Assembly (NCBI GenBank): GCA_002269645.1
Contig: NIVC01002914.1
Span: 1-59,368 of the forward strand
Source of the DNA: Macrostomum lignano
Lineage: Eukaryota
DNA length: 59,368 bases
Reading direction: 5' to 3'
Both the position numbers and the translations under genes were made by a program. Positions within the stretch are counted from its first letter, which is position 1. Every line of letters starts with the position of its first letter. This document shows positions 24,253 through 34,724 of this stretch, piece after piece. The notes under the pieces are model-generated. The model did no database searches and was not told the origin of the DNA. It worked only from the letters and a program-made list of their open reading frames with translations.

Positions 24253-24670
24253 ATGACGACTTCCTGCTTAACAACTATCATCATTCTGCAGTCGCTGATT
24301 GCAGCTTCTTTGCTTGGCAGTCGTCAACTGGCCTATCGCTACATGGGCTGCTACATTGAAAGTGTGCCAGCAGATCGCGATCTCGTCGGATTGAAAGGAC
24401 TTCTTCAAGTTGGTCCATACAAGGTGAGCAGTCCGCGCGAAGGCCTGACCTCCTTAGCTGGAATGACTATCGACATGTGCAGCAAAGTGTGCTCTCTGGG
24501 CGGTTTCGAGTACTTTGGCGTGCAATATGGTTCCTACTGCTCCTGCGATAACACCTTCGGTTCTTTCGGACGAGCCAGCGAGTCTGACTGCTCCCAGCCC
24601 TGCGTTGGGAATGCCACTCAGAAGTGTGGCAATAGTTACCGGAACTCGATGTACCATGTCTCCTATTTGA
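24253..24670 (+). CDS. Secreted WSC-domain protein, exon 1 (signal peptide + WSC carbohydrate-binding domain)
   Basis: Hydrophobic N-terminus, then YMGCY...RDL...MTIDMCSKVC...YFGVQYGSYCSC...SESDCSQPCVGNATQKCGNSYRNSMY, the canonical WSC cysteine pattern. GTAAGA donor at 24671 (phase 1). Confidence 0.88.
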
Positions 24671-24711
24671 GTAAGAACTGTTTGGTTGTCGTGTGGACAG
24701 CTAAACCACTC

Positions 24712-25295
24712 CATTGTGCTTGATTCCGAGGACTGCCAACCCCTCCATGATGCTTGATTCCGTGGGCTGCCAACCCCTCCATGATGCTTGATTCCGTGGG
24801 CTGCCAACCCCTCCATGATGTTGAATTCTGTGGGCTGCCAACCCCTCCATGGTGCTTGATTCCGTGGACTGCCAACCCCTCCATGAGGCTTGATTGTGTG
24901 GGCTGCCAACCCCTCCATGATGTTGAATTCTGTGGGCTGCCAACCCCTCCATGAGGCTTGATTCCGTGGACTGCCAACCCCTCCATGATGCTGGGTTCTG
25001 TGGACTGCCAACCCCTCCATGATGCTTGATTCCGTGGGCTGCCAACCCCTCCATGATGCTTGATTCCGAGGGATGCCAACCCCTCCATGATGCTTGATTC
25101 CGTGGACTGCCAACCCCTCCATGATGCTGGGTTCTGTGGACTGCCAACCCCTCCATGATGCTTGATTCCGTGGACTGCCAACCCCTCCATGATGCTGCTG
25201 GATTCTGTGGGTTGCCAACCCCTTAATGATGCTGGATTCCTTCGGCTGCCAACCCCTCCATGATGCTTGACCCTGTGGACTGCCAACCCCTTCAC
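24712..25295. repeat. 34-bp minisatellite in the WSC-gene intron
   Basis: About 17 units of TGATGCTTGATTCCGTGGGCTGCCAACCCCTCCA. Confidence 0.95.
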
Positions 25296-25422
25296 CTCCG
25301 TGATGCTTTTTGCATATAGACTTCTAAACCTAAAACTCACTGATTCCCTCCCTGCCACAAGCCCCCTCCCTCCCTGATGCTTCAGTGCGAATCTACGAGT
25401 ATCAAGAGCAATAACATTCCAG

Positions 25423-25697
25423 ACAATCGCTGCATGACACTGTCAATGAACATCACCACCTCGAATGTATCGGTGCCCATCGTTAGCGTCAGCAAAAAAT
25501 ACGGGTACGCCTTTGAAATTGATCAACTGAGCAGCTCGCAGGATCAACTGGGCTGTGTCCTGGAGTGCCAGACCACCGTCTGGTGTCAGGCGGCCTTCTA
25601 TGGAGCCGGCTGGCGAGACTGCTGCCACCTGCTGCGGTTTGCCGCTGTGCCAGAGGCTCTGTCTAGAGTGCCGGGACTGCTGTGGGTTAGGAAGTGA
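25423..25697 (+). CDS. Secreted WSC-domain protein, exon 2 (PAN/apple-like cysteine module)
   Basis: The phase-1 acceptor TTCCAG ending at 25422 joins exon 1 in frame. GCVLECQTTVWCQAAFY...CCHLL fits the C-xxx-C-xxxxx-C...C PAN pattern. Confidence 0.65.
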
Positions 25698-25707
25698 GAG
25701 GCTAGGC

Positions 25708-25737
25708 TGACAGACAGACACTAAGGCAGACAGACAT

Positions 25738-25784
<47 letters not shown>

Positions 25785-25821
25785 CTAAAACAGACAGACA
25801 GACAGACAGACACACAGACAC

Positions 25822-25858
<37 letters not shown>

Positions 25859-25871
25859 TAGACAGACAGAC

Positions 25872-25948
<77 letters not shown>

Positions 25949-25993
25949 CACAGACAGACAGACAGAAAGACAGACAGACAGACAGACAGAGAC

Positions 25994-26040
<47 letters not shown>

Positions 26041-26041
26041 C

Positions 26042-26076
<35 letters not shown>

Positions 26077-26077
26077 C

Positions 26078-26176
<99 letters not shown>

Positions 26177-26184
26177 GGACAGAA

Positions 26185-26253
<69 letters not shown>

Positions 26254-26261
26254 GGACAGAA

Positions 26262-26298
<37 letters not shown>

Positions 26299-26305
26299 GG
26301 ACAGT
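25708..26305. repeat. (GACA)n microsatellite
   Basis: Directly visible, starting about 10 bp after the WSC-gene stop. Confidence 0.97.
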
Positions 26306-27720
26306 TATAATCAGTTACATGTAGACGGACATGGTTGAAAAAACCGACACTTTAATTGACTATTCGTATGCTTTGCTCAAATTTGAGCAACTTTCTATTC
26401 ATCCTGCAGCTGAAGCAGTAGAAAACCCGAGTCGTCAGGCTGCATGCGAAAATAGACAGCTGAAACAAGAACTAAAATGTCAATATAAACCTGCGCAGGA
26501 ATAAGTCAATAACATTCGCAGTTTATTTCTCATTATCAACCCGGTCATCTGCATTGATAAATACATCCAGCCTTCAGAATTCCAATAAGCAAACAGGACC
26601 GCCCCATGCAGTACAGCTCTAAAATGTAAATGGAAAGCTGCCGAGTGTACTTAGTTGCTAAGCAACAGATGCGATAATAAATTCATTTCATGGGGCGGAA
26701 TTTATAATTCACACATAAATCCTCCTTTCCTGTTAAATAAACAGCTAGTTTTGCTATAGCAATTCTACTCTGACTTAGTGATGCAGAACTCACGCTGCTC
26801 TGCATTACATGCACATGAGCTGGCTTTTTCAGCGCAAAATTACAATTCAAAATTTTCGCCCTTCAACGTCAAATACATGTACTCAGCAACATCGAAAAGT
26901 CGCCATCACAGAAGATTCCGTCTGTGGTCGCCACTTTTGAGAGTGCAGCTGTAAAGTCTCCCAATCTTTATTGCCAGTGACGCAACTCAGCTACGCCACG
27001 CGGCAGATTTAGGTTGAGGAATGAAGTGGAGGCGCGGTGTGCGAGGGTTGGACGGATTAAAAAGCTACCCCGATCAGTTTTCTCGTAGCTTTTATTTCAA
27101 AACAGTCCAAGAGAAATTGCTCACTGTGACCTTTCAATGTTGCTGAGTATACATGTACATTTATATACAATCGAAGTTGCAAGTGTAGACATACATATTG
27201 TACATGTACAGATCGTGTATCTATGTACCGCATGTACGTGCACAGTAGTAATTGAGCAGTGCATTAACACACCAGCAGACTCACTACGTGACCTGTAAAT
27301 AATGCATGCATACGTCATGAGCCCTAGAGCCATAACCTCCGAGGCCTAAGGCTAAAGATGATAGCACCACTGCTGTACACACTTGGTGTGGAGTCATCAC
27401 GAATCATCGGTATGGGGACAAGACTACATGTAATGTACATGTACATGTATTTGCCTCCCCTGCTGGATGCTCGCGGGTCGACTGCAGTAACTACGACGTA
27501 CATAACTATACAGAGCTATACTGAATTGTTCAAGCAAGCTGTAATAAACTCTGCCCGAAATTGTCACACAACCATTGTCACACATTGGCTGCCCATTCCG
27601 CGAAGACTGATCCCCTGAGCAGGCACACAAGCGCGCGGATACGTACGCATGCAGTCTTATGCACAGGCGCACACTCTGAACACAGGAGTGTACAGCGGCC
27701 CTAACTTTATTCACCGTTAG

Positions 27721-27893
27721 TCATTACACACTTCACTGTGACTTAGGGTTGGCCCTCAAGGCCTTTAATTTCACGAGCAGAGCCAAGCTGAGATTCCAAT
27801 TTTAGCCCCAAATTAATGTGACTGCACTGGGAATCGAGCCTGGGCCGCTGGCACATCAGAGCGCCCGCGCTAGACCGCTAGCTAGGCTACGGC
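27721..27893 (-). mobile_element. tRNA-derived SINE, family B (copy 1)
   Basis: The minus strand reads GCCGTAGCCTAGCTAGCGGTCTAGCGC...GGCTCGATTCCCAG (Pol III A- and B-box-like) followed by a non-tRNA body. A second copy lies at 44128-44275. Confidence 0.7.
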
Positions 27894-28316
27894 TTCATAA
27901 ATATATAAATAATGCAGATTTAATTACTGAAAACCGAAATTTCACTTCATAGATCCTCTCAAGAATTAGTGTATTTGACAAAGCATAGTTTACGATTACA
28001 AAGCAGGTTCAAAACAGCAAATTGGAAGCTGAGGAAAAATGCTGCTTAAGAACACAAATATAACTGCTAAGCTTAATTATAAAAGAAACAGTCGGCATGA
28101 ACATATATGTATAAAATGAATGCGACTTCGTAGCCAAATAGCATGCACAAATCAAGCTAGCATTGATTGAATTATAATTATGTAGAGGACGATATCATCT
28201 GTTCCAATTTTGATTTTGCCTGCTTTCCATTTGCTAATGCCGCTTTGATAGAGTCCTGAAACAGTTTAAATTGGACAGGTTTTAATGCTTATATAAACAC
28301 GTATGAGAGTTTTAGA

Positions 28317-29090
28317 TAGCCCAGCAACTGAGGATCTGGGAGGCTGGCCCAGCAACTGAAGATCTGGGAGGATGGCCCAGCAACTGGGAGGCTGGCCCAG
28401 CAACTGAAGATCTGGGAGGCTGGCCCAGCAACTGAAGATCTGGGAGGCTGACCCAGCAACTGAGAATCTGGGAGGCTGGCCCAGCAACTGGGGATCTGGG
28501 AGGCTGGCCCAGCAACTGGGGATCTGGGAGGCTGGCCCAGCAACTGACACTCTGGGAGGCTGGCCCAGTAACTGACACTCTGGGAGGCTGGCCCAGCAAT
28601 TGAGGATCTGGGAGGCTGGCCCAGCAACTGGGGATCTGGGAGGCTGGCCCAGCAACTGGGGATCTGGGAGGCTGGCCCAGCAACTGACACTCTGGGAGGC
28701 TGGCCCAGTAACTGACACTCTGGGAGGCTGGCCCAGCAATTGAGGATCTGGGAGGCTGGCCCAGCAACTGGGGATCTAGGAGGCTGGCCCAGCAACTGGG
28801 GATCTGGGAGGCTAGCCCAGCAACTGAAGATCTGGGAGGCTGGCCCAGCAACTGAGGATCTGGGAGGCTGACACAGCAACTGAGGATTTGGGAGGCTGGC
28901 CCAGCAACTGGGGATGTGAGAGGCTGGCAGGGCAACTGGGGATCTGGGAGGCTGACACGGCAACTGCAGATCTGGGAGGCTGGCACAGCAACTGACACAC
29001 TGGGAGGCTGGCACAGCAACTGACACACTGGGAGGCTGGCACAGCAACTGACACACTGGGAGGCTGATCCAGCAACTGGGGATCTGGGAG
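28317..29090. repeat. 28/27-bp minisatellite (CTGGGAGGCTGGCCCAGCAACTGAGGAT)n
   Basis: About 28 units. The same family occurs at 52166-52452. Confidence 0.95.
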
Positions 29091-29798
29091 GGCGATGGTG
29101 GCTCGGAAGCTGAGAACCTGTGAGCTGTGTCTGTGGCTCAGCAACAGAAAACCTAGGCTAGCCTATCCAAAAGTTCATCTTGCAGCCCAAGCCAAGAATC
29201 AGCCTCGGCTACTGGGAGAGCTGCTCACAAGGTCAGTGTCGGCTCGGTGCAGCTCGAACTCAGCTCGAATCCACTGACGCAGCTCCCTTCGTTGGTTTGA
29301 ATCGGCCACTTTGCCTGCAGTTCGCAGCAGCGACCGGTAAAGCTGGCGAGTTTCTGCCTTTAAAATAAACTGAAAATGGATGCATATTGAGCATATAACA
29401 GTAATGGCTACTCATAGTAGTATATACCAGCATATATAACAAAAAATGTAAAGCCATAGGCACATCTAAAATGTGTGCCATATGAACCAACTCTTCCATT
29501 GAATTATGGTAAAAGATAACTGATCAAATAGAAAGTGTACTTACATGTTTTAAGCTATTGCTCATTATGGGTAAAAATTTTCACTAGATTGATAGAATTG
29601 ATTTTGTTCTTTTCAATGAATTTTTGTTTCTGAAATAAGGAAGTTATGATAAAAGTTATTAGGATCTTTATCATTTATTATACAGACTTAAAAACTATAA
29701 AGAATTTCTGAGGTAAGGTTCTAGATAAAAAAATTAGTTCAAGCCTAGTATTTAAATCTATACCTATAAAAATAAAAATATGTAAATTAAAGAACTAA

Positions 29799-30105
29799 GG
29801 GGTTATAGCCTAGTGGTAAGAGCATTGAACTCACAACTTGAAGGTTGGAAGTTTGATTCTCAATCCATTCAAAATAATTTATGTCTTTGAGCAATACACT
29901 TAACTCTGTATTACTTTAGTTTATCTAGCTATAAAATAGGTGCTAGCATTAGCTATGCCTATGCCTGGTAATTGCCTAGTCCTTGGACTAAATAGCCAGA
30001 TACAACCTTCAGATGTGCCACACAATAGCTGCAGCTGAGTTGTTGGTTGTAAATTTGGCCCAATTGGGACAGGTGTAATCAATTACTACATTAGGCCTAT
30101 TATTA
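29799..30105 (+). mobile_element. tRNA-derived SINE, family A (old, AT-shifted copy)
   Basis: GGGGTTATAGCCTAGTGG head, a B-box-like GTTTGATTC, and core GTCTTTGAGCAATACACTTAACTCT. It aligns end to end with the reverse complement of 53060-53836. Confidence 0.8.
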
Positions 30106-31212
30106 TTTAAAAAACTAGCATCAAAGCAAGGAATATTAGAAAGGTGTAGGACCAAGACCGCCACACACCAAGACCGCCACACTTGGGGAGCTAGGGGGAG
30201 GAATTTGGCTCGCCATGTTATTGGATGGTGCTGGGGGAGGGGTGAGATGGGGACGACAAGGCCGCGAGAGAGGAACCGGTGAGCGGGCCGGGCGGACCTG
30301 AGTGAGCCCTCCTCGTTTTTTTCATTCAATTTGAATTGTAAAGGAACTATCAATCCTAAATAAACAGCTACTATTAGTAGAAAGCTGTGAAAAAGGCTCT
30401 TGACTTAACTGCATTCTTAATTCGCAGTTTCGAATGTGGTCCTTGAGTTGGTTATCATTGTTATAATTTGTTATAATGTGAGTTTTCATGTGTGATTCGA
30501 GCATGTCCGATTGCCAATGCAAATTTGCCAATTCGATCGCAGGCAGGCAGGTTAACATGCACTTGTATTTAGAGGTTACGGGATGGTGAGTCGTGCAGCC
30601 ATACCGTTTTTATTACGTGTACATGTACAGGCTTCCTATAAAAACGACACTAAAGTAGTCCGTGATTTGTACGAGCTGGGCCTCGATCGAGTTGTACGAG
30701 GCCTGTTATAAGCAGCTTTCATGCTCACTTTAAATCACTCAATCACTAACTCACTCACTCTCTCATCCTCTACATGTATCTTACTCGCTCACTCACTCAC
30801 TTGCACACTGATCACTCACTCAAAAGTTACTCTGATCGCTCTTAATACAATCAAAATGTATGGCACGAAAATGCATGCACATCACATGTACAGTAATCGT
30901 TTACTTTGATTTCGGATGTTCTCCCTGTTTATTAAAAAATACGTTCTAAAACTATTTGAACGAATATTAGCTACAATTGTACATTTGTACTGTACATCAC
31001 ATTGGCTACCAGTGTATACTCGTGCATGTAACATGCAGTTCTGATCCCTACCATACAACAGACGGACAGTATATCGCTACACTTGATTTTAATTTACCAT
31101 GCAATCAATTGGCAATGATCGACCTGGTACACAGTATGCGCGTTGTGTGATAGATACATGTATATCCATGCTCTGTACAGCTAAATTGGATCAGGAAATC
31201 ATCTCTCGAGGT

Positions 31213-32311
31213 CAGGGGTGGTCGGAACCAGGGGTCACGGGGGGCTGGAGCCCCCCCCACTTTTTAGCATGATCCATCAAGTGCCCTTTTTGAATTTTAA
31301 GCAAGTGTCGGCCGGTTTTCGGCTTTGGCTTTTCTGAGTCTTGGAAGCTAAGGGCTGATATAAAAGTTAATGTTGTTCTCAATCCCATTCACTACAGTTT
31401 TATCTAATGTGCCTAAGCCTAGTGCTTTTAGTGCAGGGGTCAGCAAACTTTTTACCTCAAGGGCCAGATTAAGAACCTAGCGTGGCGCAATGACTGCCCT
31501 TCTGGGTCTGCTTCCGTGGGCCCCCTAAGCGAAACGTGCCCAGGAGTCCCTGATGATTGCAGGCAAGAGACGGGAGAGGATAGGGAATAGAGAAGAGAAC
31601 TATACGAGTACGATCGTAGGAGAAAGGAGAGGCTAAGGAATAAAGGAGAAGAGAGTAGACGAGAAAAGAGATAAAATAGGAGAGGGGAGATGAATGAGGA
31701 GAGTCGAGATATAAGAGAGAGGAGAGAACGAGGGAAGGGAGAAGAGAATGGAGAGGAAAAGGGAGATGAGAGCTGATACGAGCTAAGAGAGGAGAGGAGA
31801 TGATAAGAGAGGAGAGATGAGAGGAGAGAACAGAGAAGAGTGGAGAGGAGAGGAGAGGAGAGGAGAGGAGAGGAGAGGAGAGGAGATAGGTGAGGAGAGG
31901 AGAGGAGAGGAGAGGAGAGGAGAGGAGAGGAGAGGAGAGGAGAGGAGAGGAGAGGAGAGGAGATAGGTGAGGAGAGGAGAGGAGAGGAGAGGAGAGGAGA
32001 GGAGAGGAGAGGAGAGGAGAGGAGAGGAGAGGAGAGGAGAGGAGAGGAGAGGAGAGAAGAGGAGAGGAGATAGGTGAGGAGAGGAGAGGAGAGGAGAGGA
32101 GAGGTGAGGAGAGGAGAGGAGAGGAGAGGAGAGGAGAGGAGAGGAGAGGAGAGGAGAGGAGAGGAGAGGAGAGGAGAGGAGAGGACAATTTCACAAACTG
32201 ATATAGCTAACATCAGGAGTTTGGGTGCCCTTAGATTAAAAGAAATTATGTGCAATGTGCCCTCCCAACAATAGCCCCCCCCCCACTTTGAAATATTTTC
32301 CGACACTGCTG
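31213..32311. mobile_element. hAT-type MITE nested in the MULE, itself containing a truncated second MITE
   Basis: Termini CAGGGGTGGTCGGAA / TTCCGACACTGCTG and a perfect TSD CTCGAGGT (31205-31212, 32312-32319). The inner element starting at 31434 (CAGGGGTCAGCAAACT) is homologous to the reverse complement of the right end of 15269-15955 and carries (GGAGA)n. Confidence 0.8.
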
Positions 32312-32334
32312 CTCGAGGTCTCTCTTTAATTCTC

Positions 32335-33085
32335 TCACACTCTCTCCACTCTCACCCTCTCTCCACTCTCACCCTCTCTCCACTCTCACCCTCTCTCCAC
32401 TCTCACCCTCTCTCCACTCTCACCCTCTCTCCACTCTCACCCTCTCTCCACTCTCACCCTCTCTCCACTCTCACCCTCTCTCCACTCTCACCCTCTCTCC
32501 ACTCTCACCCTCCCTCTACTCTCACCCTCTCTCCACTTTCAGCCTCTCTTTACTCTCAGCCTCTACTCTCAGTCTCTTTCAACTCTCACCCTCTCTCCAC
32601 TTTCAGCCTCTCTTTCAACTCTCACCCTCTCTCCACTCTCACTCTCTCTCCACTCTCACCCTCTCTCCACTCTCACCCTCTCTCCACTCTCACCCTCTCT
32701 CCACTCTCACCCTCCCTCCACTCTCACCCTCTCTCCACTCTCACCCTCTCTCCACTCTCACCCTCTCTCCACTCTCACCCTCCCTCTACTCTCACCCTCT
32801 CTCCACTTTCAGCCTCTCTTTCAACTCTCACCCTCTCTCCACTCTCACTCTCTCTCCACTCTCACCCTCTCTCCACTCTCACCCTCTCTCCACTCTCACC
32901 CTCTCTCCACTCTCACCCTCTCTCCACTCTCACCCTCTCTCCACTCTCACCCTCCCTCTACTCTCACCCTCTCTCCACTTTCAGCCTCTCTTTCAACTCT
33001 CACCCTCTTTAAACTCTCACCCTCTCTCCACTTTCAGCCTCTCTTTCAACTCTCACCCTCTCTCCACTCTCACTCTCTATCCACT
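32335..33085. repeat. 17-bp pyrimidine-rich minisatellite (ACTCTCACCCTCTCTCC)n
   Basis: Directly visible, upstream of the transposase ORF. Confidence 0.95.
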
Positions 33086-33097
33086 CTCCGAGAAACA

Positions 33098-33200
33098 ATG
33101 GGTGAGAAACAGTGGGTGAAACAGTGGGTGAAACAGTGGGTGAAACAGTGGGTGAAACAGTGGGTGAAACAGTGGGTGAAACAGTGGGTGAAACAGTGGG
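33098..33200. repeat. 12-bp tandem repeat (GTGAAACAGTGG)n
   Basis: About 8 perfect units. Confidence 0.95.
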
Positions 33201-33398
33201 TAAGAAACGCTCTTCCAAAAATGCCAGAACTCTCATTGGCTGGGCGCTCATCAAATAGCAGTTATCCTCCACTGATACGGCCCCGAATTTGAATTTTCTG
33301 TTTATCTATAATTGTATTAGAATAGCATATCTATACAATAAAAACTGATTATCTGATATCGGAGCTTAAATAGTTTTTGATCAAGAAATATCATTAAA

Positions 33399-34460
33399 AT
33401 GGCAGGTGCATACCCATGTGTAGTGTGTGTACAGCCTGTTGTCAATGGAGAAGAAGCTATTGAGTGCTCGCAGTGTAGCGAATGGCAGCATCGTGCGTGT
33501 AACAGTCGCGTTACACCGGAGCAGTACGCTGCGATGAAACGTGTACGCGAGTTTTTCTGGCTGTGCAACCGATGCCTTAGGCCAACTACAGGTGTGCCTT
33601 CATCTGCACCCTCAGCTGCCCCAGCAGCTACTGTGCCGCCAACCTTTCCAGGATCAGGACCAGGTGGTGAGCCTATTGACCAAGAGGAGCCATTGCTTCC
33701 AGTCCCTCATGTAGAAGTGGAAGAGAGGTTTTTATTTCAGTATCCCGATTTCGCTGACGCTGAACCTGTGCTCGAAGAATCAATTCACGAGCCTCCAGCA
33801 GAGTTGGCGCCGCCTCGTAGCCCACCTCCGCAGGCTTTTGAGCATTTTCCAGGTGCTGGATTCAGCCACGGCAAAGACTTGCTGGTGCAGTACGTCAGGC
33901 GTGATCTTGGCCGCTTGATGCATGTCAAGAGCCGGCGAAACGGCAACACTTACTACCGTTGCAACAAAACTGCACCGAAATGCCTGGGCTCAGCCGTCAA
34001 GCGACAAGACGGAACCATTGAAGCCTTGAAAGAGCACACCTGCGATCCAGTCGATCAGCCAGTTAAAAAACGACGTATTGCAGCTCAGGTAAAAGCGGAA
34101 GCAAAGCGAGCGCCATTCAAATCTGCTCGCATCATCGCTGAGGAGAAAGTAAGAGAGCTCCCCCAAGAAGTGCAGGCAGTGATTAATATAGATTCCTTAA
34201 GTCGCAATGCTAATTATTCTCGTAAAAAAAGCCGCCCCGCGGAGCCAGCTAACATCCATTTTCAGGTTGATCCCGAGCACGTGCCCCCAGAGTTCCATTT
34301 GCAGGACGTTACTGTGCCAGAGACAAATGGACGGCACTTTGTCTTCATGTCTGCGACACAACGGGAGATCCTGTCCACACGACGCATTCTGCACTGCGAT
34401 GGCACATTCGGCACATTCGACTTAAATCGAGTTATAAATCTCAATTCATTGCTTGCTTAG
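33399..34460 (+). CDS. PHD finger + FLYWCH/WRKY-GCM1-like zinc finger + start of a MULE DDE transposase (truncated)
   Basis: C4HC3 PHD: CVVC...CSQC..WQHRAC...WLCNRC. Zinc finger YYRC...KC...EHTC. FVFMSATQREILSTRRILHCDGTF carries the first catalytic Asp motif (DGTF) of MULE transposases, and similarity ends right after it. Confidence 0.85.
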   Translation: MAGAYPCVVCVQPVVNGEEAIECSQCSEWQHRACNSRVTPEQYAAMKRVREFFWLCNRCLRPTTGVPSSAPSAAPAATVPPTFPGSGPGGEPIDQEEPLLPVPHVEVEERFLFQYPDFADAEPVLEESIHEPPAELAPPRSPPPQAFEHFPGAGFSHGKDLLVQYVRRDLGRLMHVKSRRNGNTYYRCNKTAPKCLGSAVKRQDGTIEALKEHTCDPVDQPVKKRRIAAQVKAEAKRAPFKSARIIAEEKVRELPQEVQAVINIDSLSRNANYSRKKSRPAEPANIHFQVDPEHVPPEFHLQDVTVPETNGRHFVFMSATQREILSTRRILHCDGTFGTFDLNRVINLNSLLA

Positions 34461-34477
34461 CAAATAGCTCCCTCATT

Positions 34478-34724
34478 ATCATTTTTCGCACACCATTATA
34501 TTCTGCACTTTTATTTCAGTCCATATGCGGCGCACAGGTAAAGCTATTAATTATTACCTTCTAAATGCCATCATTTTTCGCATGCCATTACATTCTGCAC
34601 TTTTATTTCAGTCCATATGCGGCGCACAGGTAAAGCTATTAATTATTACCTTCTAAATGCCATCATTTTTCGCATGCCATTACATTCTGCACTTTTATTT
34701 CAGTCCATATGCGGCCCACAGGTA
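34478..34724. repeat. 92-bp tandem triplication, each unit containing AG-[18 nt]-GT
   Basis: TTTTATTTCAG TCCATATGCGGC(G/C)CACAG GTAAA; the 18-nt cores lie at 34520-34537, 34612-34629 and 34704-34721. Confidence 0.9.

Noticed and set aside
29799-29870. tRNA genes here and at 53770-53836, 27825-27893 and 44128-44215
   Set aside because: Only A/B-box-like heads without a complete cloverleaf, each fused to a shared non-tRNA body, so they are SINEs.
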